A program made the position numbers and the translations under genes. This document shows, piece after piece, positions 14,123 to 24,040 of a stretch of 32,000 nt of DNA. The stretch's first letter is position 1. Each line of letters begins with the position of its first letter. The DNA is from Pyrobaculum aerophilum str. IM2 (GTDB lineage: Archaea > Thermoproteota > Thermoprotei > Thermoproteales > Thermoproteaceae). Below the pieces are notes generated by a model that worked only from the letters and a program-made list of their open reading frames with translations, had not been told where the DNA came from and did no database searches. Where the stretch lies: positions 1,327,480-1,359,479 of the forward strand of contig NC_003364.1 of assembly GCF_000007225.1 (NCBI RefSeq). The letters run 5' to 3'.

Positions 14123-15883
14123 ATGCGTCGCGCGGAGACGCTTGAGGAGATTGTGAAGCGGAGGTTGCTGTACTGGCCCTCATCGGAAATATACGGCGGC
14201 GTGGGCGGGTTTTATGATTACGGCCCTCTCGGCGTACAGCTAAGGCGTAATATAGTGGAGAAGTGGCGTAAGGTGTTTGTACTCCCCTATCAAGATCTCA
14301 TAATTGAAGTGGAGACGCCTATTATCATGCCGGAGCCCGTCTTTAAGGCCTCTGGACATCTCGACCATTTTACTGACTATTTAGTAACGTGTACAAAATG
14401 TGGCCGTAAATACAGAGCCGATCACTTAGTAGAGGAGGAGTTGGCGAAGAGGGGGTTGAAAATCTCAACTGAGGGGATGTCCGCCTCAGATTTAGAGCGC
14501 CTTATTTCTGAACACAAAATCGTCTGTCCCCACTGCGGCGGCCCCTTGGGCAGGGTGGAGACTTTTAATCTGCTCTTCAAAACCACCATAGGGCCTTATA
14601 GCGAAAACGCAGGATATTTGAGGCCGGAGACCGCCCAGGGTATGTTCGTCGCTTTCCCCCGGCTAGCGGAGTATGTGGGCCGTCGCCACCCCTTCGGCGT
14701 GGCGCAGATTGGCCGGGTTGCGCGTAATGAGATATCGCCTAGAGGGGGTTTGATGAGGTTAAGAGAGTTTACGCAAATGGAGATAGAGCTGTTTTTCGAC
14801 CCGCAGAACCCCAAGTGTCCCTACTTCGCCGAGGTGGAGAGTTTTGAAATCCCAATAGTGCCTGAAGAGTTTGTGGCCAAGGGCCAGACGGAACCCGTTT
14901 ATTTAACGGCTAGGGAAGTTGTGGAGAGGGGCCACGCTAATGAGTGGATGGCGTTTTTCATGGCGTTAGCCGCGAAGTTTTTAAAAGAGCTAGGCGTGCC
15001 TATTGAAAGGCAGAAGTTCCTCGGAAAACTGCCCCACGAGAGGGCACATTACTCCGCCAAGTCTTACGACCAAATGGTGCTTACAGAGCGCTTTGGGTGG
15101 GTAGAGGTTTCCGGCCACGCCTACCGCACGGATTACGACCTCTCCGGTCACAGCAAATTCAGCAGCCGCGAGATGTATTTAGAAAGGCGCCTATCCACGC
15201 CTAAGGAAGTGGAAGTAGTACGGCTTTACCCCAACCCTAATGCTATTAGGGAGAGATACGGCGATAAAATAGGCGAGGTGATAAAGGCAATTAAAGAACA
15301 CGAGGGAAGAGTAATAGAGGCGTTTAATAGGGGAATGTCCGAAGTGGCGTTAGGTGAGTACGTCATATCACGTGACATGGTTTACATAAAACTAGAAAAA
15401 CGCAAGACGGACTTGGAAAAGTTCATACCGCACGTGGTGGAGCCCTCCTTCGGGCTTGACAGAATTATGTATGTAGTTCTAGAATCCGCAGTGGTTGAGG
15501 AGGAGGGACGCGTGTATTTACGCCTGCCCCCCGACATAGCGCCAGTTAAGGCGTGTATATTGCCTATTGTAAAGAGGGCGGATTACGTGGAGATAGGCCG
15601 CACTTTGTGGAGGAGCTTGGCGAGACAGGGCTTTGTGGTGTTATACGAAGACGAGGGCACTATAGGCAGTAGGTACGCCTCATGTGATGAGATAGGAACG
15701 CCGCTCGCCGTGACAATCGACGAGAAAACGCCCGTTGACGGCACTGTCACTATCCGCGACCGCGACACTAAGAGGCAAGTCAGGGTTAAATTGGGCGATG
15801 TAGTTACTTTCGTGTCCATGGTCGCCGGCGGCGCCTCTTTTGACGACGCCGCCAGGGCCTTAGGCGCAGCGCCAGTGCAGTAG
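14123..15883 (+). CDS. glyS: Glycine--tRNA ligase (archaeal/eukaryotic alpha2 type)
   Basis: 586 aa. The N-terminus ...SSEIYGGVGGFYDYGPLGVQLRRNI is characteristic of class II GlyRS. The body shows class II motifs and there is a C-terminal anticodon-binding domain. Confidence 0.9.
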   Translation: MRRAETLEEIVKRRLLYWPSSEIYGGVGGFYDYGPLGVQLRRNIVEKWRKVFVLPYQDLIIEVETPIIMPEPVFKASGHLDHFTDYLVTCTKCGRKYRADHLVEEELAKRGLKISTEGMSASDLERLISEHKIVCPHCGGPLGRVETFNLLFKTTIGPYSENAGYLRPETAQGMFVAFPRLAEYVGRRHPFGVAQIGRVARNEISPRGGLMRLREFTQMEIELFFDPQNPKCPYFAEVESFEIPIVPEEFVAKGQTEPVYLTAREVVERGHANEWMAFFMALAAKFLKELGVPIERQKFLGKLPHERAHYSAKSYDQMVLTERFGWVEVSGHAYRTDYDLSGHSKFSSREMYLERRLSTPKEVEVVRLYPNPNAIRERYGDKIGEVIKAIKEHEGRVIEAFNRGMSEVALGEYVISRDMVYIKLEKRKTDLEKFIPHVVEPSFGLDRIMYVVLESAVVEEEGRVYLRLPPDIAPVKACILPIVKRADYVEIGRTLWRSLARQGFVVLYEDEGTIGSRYASCDEIGTPLAVTIDEKTPVDGTVTIRDRDTKRQVRVKLGDVVTFVSMVAGGASFDDAARALGAAPVQ

Positions 15884-15910
15884 ACGCTCGGCTCCGCTAC
15901 AGGGGGAAGA

Positions 15911-15918
15911 CTTTATAA
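15911..15918 (+). promoter_or_regulatory. TATA box for the 116-aa/endA operon
   Basis: CTTTATAA is centred about 25 nt upstream of ATG 15940. Confidence 0.55.
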
Positions 15919-15939
15919 GGCTGTTTTACATTTAGATAT

Positions 15940-16290
15940 ATGGCAGAGGGCAAAGACGTGGAACGCGGCCGTAAGTTATTAATACCGCCGTTTTTAACGC
16001 CGCAACAAGAGAAGAAGGAGCAGAGAAAAACAGAGCGTAGAGTGAAAATAAAGGCTTCTGAAGACGTTGAGGACGGCGTGGCGAAATTGCCGCCAGATAT
16101 ACACGACGCCTTAGATAAGCCGGCGGAGGTAGAAATCATCGCTCCCGGCGGCTCTTCTCACGAAAAGAAGAAGGTTTTTAGAGTCGTAGTTAGCGACAAG
16201 ATCCCTAGCGGCGAGATATACGTCTCTCCCAACGAGTTGAGGGCTCTTGGCGTTGCGGAAAATACTGTAGTGACTGTAAGAAAGAAATGA
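15940..16290 (+). CDS. Hypothetical basic protein with AbrB/VatN-N-like beta-barrel C-terminal half
   Basis: 116 aa. It has a Lys/Arg/Glu-rich N-terminus, then [24 protein letters not shown] ... [26 protein letters not shown], which resembles swapped-hairpin/double-psi barrel domains. Its stop overlaps the endA start as ATGA. Confidence 0.55.
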   Translation: MAEGKDVERGRKLLIPPFLTPQQEKKEQRKTERRVKIKASEDVEDGVAKLPPDIHDALDKPAEVEIIAPGGSSHEKKKVFRVVVSDKIPSGEIYVSPNELRALGVAENTVVTVRKK

Positions 16291-16838
16291 TCGGATATTT
16301 ACGGGGGCTTGCCGTAATTGTTGAAGACGTAGAATTCGCCAGGAGGCTGTATAAAGAGGGGTTTTACGGCAGATTTCTGGGCTATGACAAAGTTAAGAGA
16401 GATGAGGTGGAGAAAATTAACGCCCCGTTAATACTTGGCCTCTACGAGGCGCTTTATTTAGCAGAGAAAGGCAGGCTTAAGGTAATGGGGGAAGATGGGA
16501 GGGAAGTTGCCCCCGAGGAGCTGGCGGCTTTAGGCAGGGAGAGGATGAGGAATTTTGACGAGATATATAAAATCTATAAGTATTTCAGAGATTTGGGCTA
16601 CGTGGTGAAAAGCGGTTTGAAATTCGGCGCCTTATTTTCGGTGTACGAAAAAGGGCCGGGGATAGATCACGCTCCCATGGTGGTGGTATTCCTAGAGCCA
16701 GATAAGGGGATATCGGCCACAGATATCACCCGCGGCGGGCGGTTGAGCCATAGCGTGAGGAAGACCTGGACCTTGGCTACTGTTTTGAGGCAAACTGGAG
16801 AGGTGGTGCTTCTGGGATTTGGTTGGGCACGGCTCTAG
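16287..16838 (+). CDS. endA: tRNA-splicing (intron) endonuclease, catalytic subunit
   Basis: 183 aa. It carries the C-terminal catalytic-domain motif [26 protein letters not shown] and the downstream ...RLSHSVRK. Confidence 0.85.
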
Positions 16839-17221
16839 TCAATTTTCAGCTCAGCTACGCCGTACTCCCCCGCCTTGCCTACCACTATTTGTAATACGCC
16901 GTCCTTATACACAGCCTTGGCGCTTTCAACCCTAAGTCTGAAGGGAACTTCTATTTTTCTAGAGACGGGGAAGTTCGATATTCTCTCGCGCCTTAGAGGC
17001 TTTCCCGCGCCTTCCGGCGTCGCCGGCGATGCGATTACTTCAATAGCTCTGTCGTAAACCCTGACTTTAATTGACTCTTTGCGAATTCCCGGCATGTCCA
17101 CATAAAGCACGATGTTTTCGCCCAGGTCGTAAATATCGACGTCGGGCTGTCGCTCTACTTTGCCCACATTGGAGTCGTATAGCTCTTTAAGCCCTTCCTC
17201 AATTCTCTTAATTGGTTCCAT
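16835..17221 (-). CDS. hsp20: Small heat-shock protein, Hsp20/alpha-crystallin family
   Basis: Alpha-crystallin domain [34 protein letters not shown]...[12 protein letters not shown]. Its stop shares the palindrome CTAG (16835-16838) with the endA stop. Confidence 0.85.
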   Translation of the reverse strand: MEPIKRIEEGLKELYDSNVGKVERQPDVDIYDLGENIVLYVDMPGIRKESIKVRVYDRAIEVIASPATPEGAGKPLRRERISNFPVSRKIEVPFRLRVESAKAVYKDGVLQIVVGKAGEYGVAELKID

Positions 17222-17320
17222 GGTTTTATAAACTCCCTTTTAAAAAAGGGGCAGATATAATACCAGAAGATTAGAGACGGATTGAAAACTTCGTTAAAAA
17301 AGATGCGTAGTTGCTCGTTT

Positions 17321-17560
17321 TTACTTCTGCCCCGCTACGCCTATAATTTCGCCGTAGGCGTTTACTGGGAAAGAGCGGCCGCACTTAGGACAAGAGATAC
17401 TAAAGCCGATGTTGTACCAGCTCTCGCCTATTTCTATTTCAAATTTGTGTTTGCAGTATGGACATGTAACGCGTACTTTTAACGTTTTTTCCAACTCGCC
17501 GCCTGAGTACTCCCAATCCTCAGGGAATTCTTGTGCCACCATAGGGCGCCCAGTTTGCAT
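17321..17560 (-). CDS. Zinc-ribbon protein, hypothetical
   Basis: It has CPYCKHKF ... CPKCGRSF (two CxxC pairs). The true start may be the second Met (ATG at 17542) given the promoter geometry. Confidence 0.55.
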   Translation of the reverse strand: MQTGRPMVAQEFPEDWEYSGGELEKTLKVRVTCPYCKHKFEIEIGESWYNIGFSISCPKCGRSFPVNAYGEIIGVAGQK

Positions 17561-17586
17561 AAATATAAATTCTTTACCTGCCTCAC

Positions 17587-18303
17587 ATGGAGTTTTTCGA
17601 GGTTGTGAATAGAAGGCGATCGGTTAGGAGGTTTAAGAGAGTGAAAATCCCAGAGGACGATGTGAAGAAAATCATGGAGGCGGGGAGGCTAGCGCCGACA
17701 GATGCCACTCTTCACCTCTGGAGCGCAGTGTGGATAAGAGATGATGTTAAAAAGTCGGAGATCGCCAAGTTGATTGGCCAACCGCATGTGGAAGAGGGAT
17801 CCGACTTCTTTATCTTCTTAGCGGATTTATACAGGCTGAGGGAGTTGTTGAAATACAGAGGCCGTGAAATTGTTGCGAATAAATTAGCGCTTTTCGTGTT
17901 TGCGGCTGTGGACGCCGCGCTAGCGGCTGAGAATATGGCCCTGGCGGCGACCGCTTTGGGATACGGCAGTTGTTTTATAGGCGCTGTGCAAAACGCCGTA
18001 TACGATCTTGTAAGTCTTTTGAAACTCCCCGATTTAACCTATCCCCTATTTGGACTAGTAATTGGCGTGCCTGATGAGGATCCCCCGCGCCGCCCGAGGC
18101 TTCCGGCCGATATGTTATTTCATCGCGAGGAGTACAGGGCGTATCGGGAGGATGAGTTAAAAGCGGCGTATGAAATTATGGGCAGAGTCACCAGGTCGGG
18201 GGATTGGCTGAGAATACTAGAACGCTACGCCGCTAGAGACGGATATTTTGATAAACGCAGTGATTTAATGATATCTGTAATGAAAAGGCTGGGATTTATG
18301 TAA
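17587..18303 (+). CDS. Nitroreductase-family flavoprotein
   Basis: The N-terminus EVVNRRRSVRRFKRVKIPEDDVKKIMEAGRLAPT is the typical nitroreductase FMN-binding opening. 238 aa. Confidence 0.75.
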   Translation: MEFFEVVNRRRSVRRFKRVKIPEDDVKKIMEAGRLAPTDATLHLWSAVWIRDDVKKSEIAKLIGQPHVEEGSDFFIFLADLYRLRELLKYRGREIVANKLALFVFAAVDAALAAENMALAATALGYGSCFIGAVQNAVYDLVSLLKLPDLTYPLFGLVIGVPDEDPPRRPRLPADMLFHREEYRAYREDELKAAYEIMGRVTRSGDWLRILERYAARDGYFDKRSDLMISVMKRLGFM

Positions 18304-18313
18304 ATATTTATAT
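18303..18313 (+). promoter_or_regulatory. TATA box for the crenactin/arcadin cluster
   Basis: AATATTTATAT is centred about 26 nt upstream of ATG 18334. Confidence 0.55.
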
Positions 18314-18333
18314 CTGGGCTGAGTCTTGATCTC

Positions 18334-19997
<1,664 letters not shown>

Positions 19998-20010
19998 TGA
20001 ATAGAGAGTT

Positions 20011-20601
20011 GTGGAATTTCCAAAAGTCCTAGTGATAAGGCACTTTTCCGAAGTCCTCGGCATGAAGTACTTGGGGGAGAGCGGCGACGTCTTGTGGTTT
20101 GAAGACGGGCTTAATAAAGTGGCGGTTGGCGTATACTTCTCAGAGCTTTACGAAGAGGCAGAGCTCTACAAACGCCTAGCCGCTCTTGTAAATTTAAACG
20201 CCGCCAAGATCTATTTAGCAATTTTACAAGAGGCCTCGGCGTTTATAGATCCAAGGTTTTTGAAAAACCAAGGCATAGGCCTAGTTGTGGTAGATCCCAC
20301 AAAGGGCGCTCAGGGCGTGGATGTGAGAATCTACGCAAAAGCCCGTCAACAACCTGTGCCGGCTGTTAACACTGAAAAACTTATTGAGGCCATTAAAGCC
20401 GCTGTGTTGGAGCAAGTAAATAATCAAATAAAGGCACTTGAAAGTTCAATTTTTGAAAAATTAAAGAGATATATAGATCAACGTCTAGAGGAGTACAAAG
20501 GCGCGATGTCTGGCAAACCGCCACCGCTGCCGCCACCGCCCGGCGGGTCTTCAGTTGTGGAAAACGAATGGGTCAGATACTTAAGGAGCAGGGGGAAATA
20601 G
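20011..20601 (+). CDS. rkd-2: Arcadin-2-like protein (crenactin-binding regulator)
   Basis: 196 aa, starting 13 nt after crenactin. It has a proline-rich linker PPPLPPPPGG followed by the tail SSVVENEWVRYLRSRGK, consistent with the published C-terminal crenactin-binding peptide. Confidence 0.7.
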   Translation: MEFPKVLVIRHFSEVLGMKYLGESGDVLWFEDGLNKVAVGVYFSELYEEAELYKRLAALVNLNAAKIYLAILQEASAFIDPRFLKNQGIGLVVVDPTKGAQGVDVRIYAKARQQPVPAVNTEKLIEAIKAAVLEQVNNQIKALESSIFEKLKRYIDQRLEEYKGAMSGKPPPLPPPPGGSSVVENEWVRYLRSRGK

Positions 20602-20608
20602 GGAAGAT

Positions 20609-20620
20609 AGTATATATTTT
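20609..20620 (+). promoter_or_regulatory. Internal TATA box ahead of the 56-aa ORF/arcadin-4
   Basis: AGTATATATTTT is centred about 24 nt upstream of GTG 20638. Confidence 0.45.
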
Positions 20621-20637
20621 CAGATTTATAAACAGGC

Positions 20638-20808
20638 GTGGATATAATCATTGAGGAAGTCAGAAGGGCGTTTGGAAATACCGACGAGGGAAAAGTGGCA
20701 GAACGCCTTATTCTTGCATATAAGGAAGGCGGCGCCCGCGCCGCTAGGGCTGTAATTAGAGAATACCTTCAGAGACTGGGAGTAGATGTGGCGGATAGAG
20801 AGGATTGA
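20638..20808 (+). CDS. Unlisted 56-aa helical ORF in the arcadin-3 position
   Basis: My own translation from GTG 20638 gives VDIIIEEVRRAFGNTDEGKVAERLILAYKEGGARAARAVIREYLQRLGVDVADRED. It ends at TGA 20806-20808, 23 nt inside the arcadin-4 ORF. It is below the track length cut-off. Confidence 0.45.
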   Translation: MDIIIEEVRRAFGNTDEGKVAERLILAYKEGGARAARAVIREYLQRLGVDVADRED

Positions 20809-23170
20809 AGTCGAGAACTTCAGGTCGTACAGAGGGAGGCATATAGTAGCTTTAGGAGACGTGAATATTCTCCACGGGAGAATAGGGGCTGGGAAGACCT
20901 CGTTATTATACGCAGTGGAGTACGCGCTTTATGGGAGACAGCTTGAAGTTAAGGAGCGGGTGGCAAAACTTCAAGACTTGATAAACACGGAGTCGCAGGA
21001 AATGGGCGTTGTGTTGACGTTGCGAAATGGGGACAGAGTTCTGCGCATTGAAAGGCGCCTTGGGCGCCGCAGTAGCGAAAAAGTCGTTGTTAATATAGAC
21101 GGCGTTGAGCTCAGAGGCAAAGATGCCGAGGAAAAACTAGCGGAGCTTTTGGGGGCTGACGAGGACGTTTACGAGAGGCTTGTCTATATATCTCACCGGA
21201 CGCTAGAGGGCTTTATATATGGCACTTCGCAGAAAAGATCGCTGACTGTTGACCGCCTGTTTGGAATTGACGTAATTGACGGAGTAGTGAGGACTATTAG
21301 CGGCGTGGAGAAAGAGCTAATGGAAAAGGCCGAGGAATTGAGGAAGAGGCTGGCGGCGTATGAAAAACATAAAGACATAATTAGGCGCTACGGCGGTTTC
21401 GGCCAGCTGAAAGCGAGACTTGACTCTCTGGCCGGGGAGATTAACGCGTTAAAAGAGAGGGAAGAGCGTTTGGCTAAAGCCGCTGAGGAGTTGGCGAAGA
21501 AGAGGGCTAATTATCTGTCTAAATTACAGGAACAAGAGCCCCTCCTTTTAGAGTACTACAGAGTGAGGTCAGAGCTACAATTACTCGAGGAAGCCGGCGA
21601 GGGGAGCGGGGTGGACTTGTCTATTGTGGAGAGACTGAGAGACGCGCTGTTAGAGGCAGTGGAGGAATTTGAGCATTTCTTCGGGCAGGAACTCGCCGAG
21701 AGGCTTAGGAAAGCCGGGGACCTAGAGACGCTGTCTGTGGCTATGGCTGAGGCATATGACGCGCTTGTAAAACTTCAAAAAGAGCTGGAGGAGCAGGTCC
21801 ACGAGACGAAGAGACTGTATGAACACTATGAAACAAGGGCGAGGAAAATTGAAGTTGAGATAGGCGACGCCGAGGCTAAGTTGAAGAGACTTGAAAAGAC
21901 TTATCGACGCTTTAAGGATTTACAAAAGGCGTATCAATCTCTTGAAAACGCCAAGTTAACGCTTTCTCAACTTAAGAGAAAGTTGGAAGAGGCTGAGAGG
22001 TCGGCGGCATTTATATCGGCTCTAAAGACTGTGGCGTCTTATGCGGCAGAGGTGGGCATGGATAAATGCCCCATATGCGGCGCGCCGCTGAGGGGGGAGG
22101 AGCTCCGGCGCCTACAGGAGGAAATAGAGACAAGAGGCGGCTCTCTAATAAGAGAACTGGAGGAAATGAGGGAGAGGGTGAGAGAGGTAGAGAAGGCAGT
22201 GGAGGAGATGGAGGCGTTGAGCGGAGAGGTGGCGGAGTATCTCGCAGTGAAGACGCGTGTGGAGGAGTTAAAAATAGAGAGGGAGGAGGTCGTGAAAAAG
22301 GCAGTGCAAGCTGAAAAGTCGTTGAGACAGCTTGAGAAGAAACTGGAAAGACTGCGTACGCTGTTGGCCAAAGTAGATAAAAGGACTATCTCCGAGGCGT
22401 TGTCTAAATATGGAAGGGCGCTAAGAGTGCGAGAATTACGCAGGCGTTTAAAAGAGCTAGAGGAAGAGCTTAAAAAAGCGGGCGTTGTAACCGATGCGTT
22501 AAATGTAGACTTAAACTGGAGAGAAGTAGTAGAAGAACTGGAAAGGACCTCTTCACGCCTCGCCGAGGCGTATAAGGAGAAGTCGCTAATTGATGAGGTG
22601 ATAAGAGAAGTGGGCGAGGATTCCGAAGTCTTGAGGAAAAAGTTGGACAACGCGTTATATGCGTACAGTAAATTACAAGAGATCAAGGCAAAACTTGAAT
22701 TAGTTAGAATAAGCGCCAGGGCCAGGCTTTTAGAAGTTGCTAAAAGCCGATTTAATGAGATCTTCACCTCCCTGTATAAATACGGCGATATTGTAAGAGT
22801 AGATGCAGATTTAGAACAACGCAAAGGCTTTTATGACTTCTACGCCATAACTTCTACTGGCGACAAATACGGCATATCGAAACTAAGCGACGGCCAGAGG
22901 CTCTCCATCGCCTTGGCCTTGGCTCTAGCGCTGAGAGACATCGTCGAGATGAACATAGGCTTTATAATCTTCGACGAGCCAATTCCCTACGTAGACGCTA
23001 ATATAAGAAAGGCCTTCGCTGAGATTGTGAAATCAATTGCCGATAAGCTCCAATTGATAATAGCCACTCAATCTAGAGAGTTCGCGGAGCTAATTAAAAC
23101 TGCTGTGCCAAACGCCCTGCTGTTGGTAGTAGATAAAAAAGAGCATTCCAGTATCGTTGCCGAGCGTTAA
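20786..23170 (+). CDS. rkd-4: Arcadin-4-like Rad50/SMC-type ATPase
   Basis: 794 aa. Walker A GRIGAGKTS (aa 31-39). E/K/R-rich coiled coils. CPIC at codons 428-431 (nt 22067-22078) is exactly mid-protein, like a Rad50 zinc hook. ABC signature LSDGQRLS and Walker B FIIFDEP. Confidence 0.8.
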   Translation: MWRIERIEVENFRSYRGRHIVALGDVNILHGRIGAGKTSLLYAVEYALYGRQLEVKERVAKLQDLINTESQEMGVVLTLRNGDRVLRIERRLGRRSSEKVVVNIDGVELRGKDAEEKLAELLGADEDVYERLVYISHRTLEGFIYGTSQKRSLTVDRLFGIDVIDGVVRTISGVEKELMEKAEELRKRLAAYEKHKDIIRRYGGFGQLKARLDSLAGEINALKEREERLAKAAEELAKKRANYLSKLQEQEPLLLEYYRVRSELQLLEEAGEGSGVDLSIVERLRDALLEAVEEFEHFFGQELAERLRKAGDLETLSVAMAEAYDALVKLQKELEEQVHETKRLYEHYETRARKIEVEIGDAEAKLKRLEKTYRRFKDLQKAYQSLENAKLTLSQLKRKLEEAERSAAFISALKTVASYAAEVGMDKCPICGAPLRGEELRRLQEEIETRGGSLIRELEEMRERVREVEKAVEEMEALSGEVAEYLAVKTRVEELKIEREEVVKKAVQAEKSLRQLEKKLERLRTLLAKVDKRTISEALSKYGRALRVRELRRRLKELEEELKKAGVVTDALNVDLNWREVVEELERTSSRLAEAYKEKSLIDEVIREVGEDSEVLRKKLDNALYAYSKLQEIKAKLELVRISARARLLEVAKSRFNEIFTSLYKYGDIVRVDADLEQRKGFYDFYAITSTGDKYGISKLSDGQRLSIALALALALRDIVEMNIGFIIFDEPIPYVDANIRKAFAEIVKSIADKLQLIIATQSREFAELIKTAVPNALLLVVDKKEHSSIVAER

Positions 23171-23227
23171 TTCAGCGCTCCAAACCCTCCTCATAAATCA
23201 GTGGCCCCACTTATTAGTCATCATCAG
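23169..23227 (-). ncRNA. C/D box sRNA, antisense to the arcadin-4 stop/3' end
   Basis: Minus-strand reading: C box ATGATGA (23224-23218), 16 nt CTAATAAGTGGGGCCA, D' box CTGA (23201-23198), TTT, C' box ATGAGGA (23194-23188), 12 nt GGGTTTGGAGCG, D box CTGA (23175-23172). It sits in the 70-nt convergent gap immediately downstream of the TrmB-like gene. Confidence 0.7.
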
Positions 23228-23240
23228 AGTTTAAGCAGGC

Positions 23241-23960
23241 CTATTTAGCCTTTTGCCACACGTTGTAAAAATATGTTATCGCTATTTCGAGTATAAATCT
23301 CTCGTTGGAGTAAACGCCGGAGATCTCACCGCCGTATTTTACAAATATCAATACTGAGTTGCCAATTGCCCCGCCTCCAAACATCTCATTTACCGTTTTA
23401 ATTTCCACACGTGGCGGCAAGTCGAACTTATTCCTAAGCTGATCAGTCGTTAAGACTTTTATCACAATTCGTTTAGACTCCTCGGCTATTGTCGCAAGTA
23501 GGCGATACGTAATTAGCTCTGGAAATGGCACTGCCAAATACGCCTCGTTGTCAGTAGCGGCGATTATGTCGCTTATTAAATCCGCCACTCGACCTGCCCC
23601 CCGAATTAGAGTGAGGAACGTAGGCGAAGCAACTGGATGCTTGCTTTCATATATTAACTGGAGGCTGTCGAAGATTGGCTTTAGAGATCTCAAGGCATTT
23701 GAAACCTTGTTAACCAACAATTTATAGACCTCGGCGGGGGGAACGGCTCTGTACTTTAAAGGCCTACTGCCGCCTTGCGGAATCACTAAGCCCATGTCTC
23801 TTAGCCTTTCAATATAAGCATATACTTTTGTATAGGGGATGTTTAACGCCTCAGCTAAGTCTCTTGCAGTGGATTCCCCCCTCTCCACTAGCGCTAAGTA
23901 AATATCGACTTCTCGAGCGCCAATTCCAAAGGCCTCAAGCAGTCTCCTGAGCTCTTCCAC
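23241..23960 (-). CDS. TrmB-family transcriptional regulator
   Basis: N-terminal wHTH LEAFGIGAREVDIYLALVERGESTARDLAEALNIPYTKVYAYIERLRDMGLV plus a C-terminal effector-type domain. The start is GTG. Confidence 0.8.
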   Translation of the reverse strand: MEELRRLLEAFGIGAREVDIYLALVERGESTARDLAEALNIPYTKVYAYIERLRDMGLVIPQGGSRPLKYRAVPPAEVYKLLVNKVSNALRSLKPIFDSLQLIYESKHPVASPTFLTLIRGAGRVADLISDIIAATDNEAYLAVPFPELITYRLLATIAEESKRIVIKVLTTDQLRNKFDLPPRVEIKTVNEMFGGGAIGNSVLIFVKYGGEISGVYSNERFILEIAITYFYNVWQKAK

Positions 23961-23978
23961 ACGTCTGCCTTAAGCGCA

Positions 23979-24023
23979 ATTTTTAACTTTTTTCTCAGAA
24001 TTTAGTTAAAAAGTTTAAAAATT
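23979..24023. promoter_or_regulatory. Back-to-back divergent TATA boxes (TrmB-like gene / large radical-SAM gene)
   Basis: ATTTTTAAC (23979-23987) reads GTTAAAAAT on the minus strand, about 23 nt from GTG 23960. AAAGTTTAAAAATT (24010-24023) lies about 25 nt from ATG 24041. The two form an imperfect inverted repeat TTTTTAAC/GTTAAAAA. Confidence 0.5.
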
Positions 24024-24040
24024 GATGTGACAACGGGTGC

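Noticed and set aside
15684-15690. Perfect C-box heptamers GTGATGA inside glyS (15684-15690) and antisense to the ABC permease (28910-28916), plus ATGATGT at about 17737 and about 28214
   Set aside because: None is followed by CTGA boxes at guide-length spacing. They are explained by Asp/Glu codon strings.
22039-22824. 261-aa minus-strand ORF (and the 82-aa plus-strand ORF at 22066-22314) inside arcadin-4
   Set aside because: The Ser/Leu/Thr-rich low-complexity translation is the antisense mirror of the GAG/AAG/AGG-rich coiled-coil codons. It has no promoter and no motif, and it is fully nested in a well-supported gene.
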